From Octopus vulgaris (lineage: Eukaryota): DNA of 64,000 bases. A model generated the notes under the pieces. It saw only the letters and a program-made list of their open reading frames with translations. It did no database searches and was not told the origin of the DNA. Within the stretch, counting starts at the first letter, position 1. Each line of letters opens with the position of its first letter. The stretch is taken from the NCBI GenBank assembly GCA_951406725.2, contig OX597839.1, forward strand, positions 23,684,001 through 23,748,000. The letters are read 5' to 3'. Of the stretch, positions 62,424-64,000 are shown piece by piece. Both the position numbers and the translations under genes were made by a program.

Positions 62424-63188
62424 GGTGGTGGTGGTGGCGGCGGCAGCGGCGGTGGCGATGTTGTTGATGGTGGTGGTGGTGGTGGTGGTGGTGGTGTTGT
62501 TGTCGTTATAGTTGCTGCTGTTATTGTTGTTTTTGCTGCAACCATTGTTGTTTAAACTAGAGCCAGATCAGTCCTGAAGAAGTCGCTCAATGATCAAAAC
62601 ATATTCCAGCCATGACCATCCCATCTAAGAACAACAACGAGCAATGTATTCTTCCTCTATTTTTCTAAAAACAGTAGAGTACAATTTGAAGGACACTTAA
62701 TTACTATCTCTAGCAAGTCAGGTGTAGGGGGCTGCTGCATTAGAACTAACATCTTTAGGGATATGGCGGGTGACACTTCATAGTCACTCAGCTTGCCAGA
62801 AATAGCAACCAAATCTCACTGAAATCACAGCTTATCCTCTTAAAAAAAAGGACATACTGGAAAGTACAGTAAATGAGATCAACCCTTGTACTTCACTGGT
62901 ACTTTATTTTATTGACCCTGGAGGGTATTGGTAAGATTTGAACTCAAGAATTTTTTCACTTGATTCAGTCGTTAGATTGTAGCCATACTGGGGCACCGCC
63001 CTGAAGAATTTTAGTCAAAGAAATCGACCCCAGTGCCTATTCTGTTGGTGTCTTTTGTCTAACTGCAAAATTACAGATGTAAACACACCAACATTGGTTG
63101 TCAAGTGGTGGCGAGGGACAAACACACACACACACACACACACATATTTATACGAATGTTGTAGTTTGCTTGAATCATTGTAATAACA

Positions 63189-63438
63189 AAGAATGTAAAA
63201 CGAGAGAAAATAAACGGTTTCTGAAAATGTAGAAAGCTTATTGAAACCTTTATATTTTGGTTTCAAAGTCCCATATTCATAAGCAAAAAACAGTCAAAGA
63301 AAAGTTTGAATTGATCAACAGATCCTACATGACTGGGCTTTTCTTAGACTGTTCCATTCTTCTGAAGATGGGACTTTGAGCCCAAAATATTTAACTTTCC
63401 ACATTGTCAGGAACTATTTTCTCTTCTTTTACATTCTT
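63189..63438. repeat. Diverged palindromic remnant with CTGAAGA at 63362
   Basis: Terminal arms aagaatgtaaaa..gagaaaata / tattttctc..ttttacattctt; inner arms caaagtcccat / atgggactttg. Confidence 0.55.
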
Positions 63439-63462
63439 CTATATATATATATATATATGATG

Positions 63463-63845
63463 TGGAGGCGCAATGGCCCAGTGGTTAGGGCAGCGGACTC
63501 GCGGTCGTAGGATCGCGGTTTCGATTCCCAGACCGGGCGTTGTGAGTGTTTATTGAGCGAAAACACCTAAAGCTCCATGAGGCTCCGGCAGGGATGGTGG
63601 TGTTCCCTGCTGTACTCTTTCACCACAACTTTCTCTCACTCTTACTTCCTGTTTCTGTTGTACCTGTATTTCAAAGGGCCGGCCTTGTCACTCTCTGTGT
63701 CACGCTGAATATCCCCGAGAATTACGTTAAGGGTACACGTGTCTGTGGAGTGCTCAGCCACTTACACGTTAATTTCACGAGCAGGCAGTTCCGTTGATCG
63801 GATCAACCGGAACCCTCGTCGTCATAACCGACGGAGTGCTTCCAA
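63463..63845 (+). mobile_element. Young tRNA-derived SINE family E
   Basis: A box TGGCCCAGTGG and B box GGTTTCGATTCCC; CpG-rich. Confidence 0.8.
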
Positions 63846-63852
63846 TATTTAT

Positions 63853-64000
63853 ATGAGGTCTAATCAGTAAGTATCCGGACTGTTGCCATAGTAACAAAGC
63901 TAAAGCACGCAGAGTAAAGCCACTAGGCAGAGATTGACCTTCAACTCTGCTGTGCATACGCACTAAGTTTTAACATTCTAGCTCATCTCTGCTGTTTACA
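63853..64000 (+). mobile_element. Probable left end of a mariner-like element, running out of the window
   Basis: TA-tgaggtctaatcagtaagtatccggac resembles mariner TIRs. Confidence 0.45.

Noticed and set aside
63463-63540. tRNA-like sequence
   Set aside because: It has A and B boxes but no acceptor stem and continues into a repeat body, so it is a SINE head rather than a tRNA gene. The same holds for the family A and D heads.

Overview
Animal genomic DNA, AT-rich and saturated with microsatellites (TA, CATA, GATA, CAT/GTG, TAA, GAA). The repeat families suggest an octopus or another coleoid cephalopod; this is an inference, not a database match. I recognise no intact host gene, and almost all listed ORFs are microsatellite read-through or transposon fragments. 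The window is intronic or intergenic and made of: three or more tRNA-derived SINE families; RTE, CR1, Tx1-like and R4/Dong-like LINE fragments; Penelope-like (GIY-YIG) fragments; Tc1/mariner (DD37D), piggyBac- and hAT-like MITEs; and Helitron-like elements with tandem arrays. The main signal missed by the ORF track is a dense set of type I hammerhead ribozyme motifs (about 20 intact or decayed copies, several unrelated families), mostly in Penelope-type inverted-repeat remnants. Three look intact with canonical cores (1664-1743 +, 27999-28062 -, 60378-60449 +). One three-copy family has the core GUGAACA, a natural G3-C8 swap of the conserved C3-G8 tertiary pair (7077-7127 -, 19389-19438 -, 19477-19526 +). 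All folds were done by eye, none has been tested for cleavage, and coordinates of decayed repeats are approximate.
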